Shown piece by piece: positions 7,382 through 8,077 of a stretch of DNA of 8,077 nucleotides. The notes below the pieces were generated by a model, which saw only the letters and a list, made by a program, of their open reading frames with translations, was not told the origin of the DNA and did not search any database. The stretch is from positions 1 to 8,077 of IMG/VR virus record IMGVR_UViG_3300011952_000023, one strand, 5' to 3'. Both the position numbers and the translations under genes were made by a program. Origin of the DNA: a virus (taxonomy: Duplodnaviria > Heunggongvirae > Uroviricota > Caudoviricetes). Each line of letters opens with the position of its first letter. The first letter of the stretch is position 1.

Positions 7382-8077
7382 ATGGCAATTAAGAAGCTCG
7401 ATGATGGTCGCTATGAAGTGGACATTAGACCTCGCGGTCGCGATGGAAAACGCATCCGCAGGAAATTCGAAAGAAAAGCTGAAGCACTAGCATTTGAGCG
7501 ATACACAATCGCCAATGCCAGTCAGAAAGAATGGGGAGGCCAGCGAGCAGACCGCCGAACTTTGACAGAATTGCTCGACATCTGGTGGAAATATCACGGG
7601 CAAAACCACGAGCATGGAACAAAAGAGTTTAATCATCTGCTCNNNNNNNNNNTGATGGATTATCGTTCTATGCGACTACGTGATGGCATCAGTGCCGCAA
7701 CGATAAACCGTGACATGTACCGATTATCCGGCATGTTCACAAAATTAATTCAATTGGATGAATTTTCCGGGCAACACCCAATTCACGGACTGCCGCCACT
7801 GGCGGAGGCCAACCCTGAAATGACGTTCCTGGAAAAAGCAGAAATCGAAAAACTGTTAAATGTTTTGGCTGGTGATGACTTACTTGTCGCGCTTTTATGT
7901 CTGAGCACTGGAGGAAGATGGACGGAAGTTGCCACGCTAAAACCAGCACAGATTACAAGTTGTAGGGTTACCTTCCTGAAAACCAAAAACGGTAAAAAGC
8001 GAACGGTGCCGATTTCTGAGGAACTGGAGAAAAAAGTTAAAGAGGAGGCCAGCGCCAAATTGTTCAAGGTCGATTAT
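7382..8077 (+). CDS. int: Tyrosine integrase (P2 Int-like), 5' part; interrupted by a gap at 7642-7651 and truncated by the window edge
   Basis: ATG at 7382 with GGAGGG 8 nt upstream. N-terminus MAIKKLDDGRYEVDIRPRGRDGKRIRRKF is the P2-type Int N-terminus as I recall it. After the gap, an open frame carries ...LCLSTGGRWTEVATLK... (box I arginine region). No stop before 8077. Confidence 0.85.
   Translation, partial: MAIKKLDDGRYEVDIRPRGRDGKRIRRKFERKAEALAFERYTIANASQKEWGGQRADRRTLTELLDIWWKYHGQNHEHGTKEFNHLLXXXXMDYRSMRLRDGISAATINRDMYRLSGMFTKLIQLDEFSGQHPIHGLPPLAEANPEMTFLEKAEIEKLLNVLAGDDLLVALLCLSTGGRWTEVATLKPAQITSCRVTFLKTKNGKKRTVPISEELEKKVKEEASAKLFKVDY
7642..7651. other. Assembly gap (10 N) inside int
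   Basis: Run of n; the frame changes across it. Confidence 0.95.

Larger units (their letters stand above)
2376..8077. mobile_element. P2-like (Peduovirus-type) prophage, early/immunity/integration segment, extending beyond the right edge
   Basis: Gene order and orientation A-orf83-orf82-orf81-orf80-B-orf78-cox (minus) then C-int (plus) matches phage P2. GC is visibly higher than in 1-2375. Confidence 0.85.

Noticed and set aside
7425-8067. Minus-strand ORFs 7425-7622, 7737-7949 and 7783-8067 antisense to int
   Set aside because: The plus-strand frame carries recognisable integrase sequence; the antisense translations are serine/leucine-rich shadow ORFs.
1-8077. CRISPR arrays, tRNA/rRNA genes, IS elements
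   Set aside because: No regularly spaced direct repeats, no tRNA-like cloverleaf segments and no transposase-like ORFs or terminal inverted repeats were seen.

Overview
The window is a junction between two very different kinds of DNA. (a) Positions 1-2375 are AT-rich (about 30% GC by eye) and carry what is most simply one large plus-strand gene, split by two runs of N (308-317, 1107-1116). It encodes an SMC/ABC-type ATPase of the AAA_13 / RloC-PrrC-like kind: an ABC-type N-terminal strand, a long K/E-rich coiled coil with a CCPFC zinc-hook-like motif, then signature (LSEGEK), Walker B and H-loop motifs, then a C-terminal region with R-x3-E and R-x6-H motifs that may be a HEPN-like or anticodon-nuclease-like effector. 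(b) Positions 2623-8077 are the early and immunity region of a P2-like temperate phage in canonical order. On the minus strand: cox, an orf78-like gene, B, orf80-, orf81-, orf82- (TraR/DksA zinc finger) and orf83-like genes, and replication gene A, which appears frameshifted near its 3' end. On the plus strand: the switch region with operator-like repeats, the C repressor, and the 5' part of the integrase, which runs off the window. The AT-rich gene sits just beyond the 3' end of A, convergent with it, which is where P2 carries old and tin. The leading candidate for the interesting system is therefore a single-gene, RloC-like abortive-infection or defence cargo in that prophage hotspot. All homology statements come from reading the translations and from memory; no searches were run. 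Three N runs mark an unfinished assembly, so gene boundaries at the gaps and the A frameshift need re-checking.
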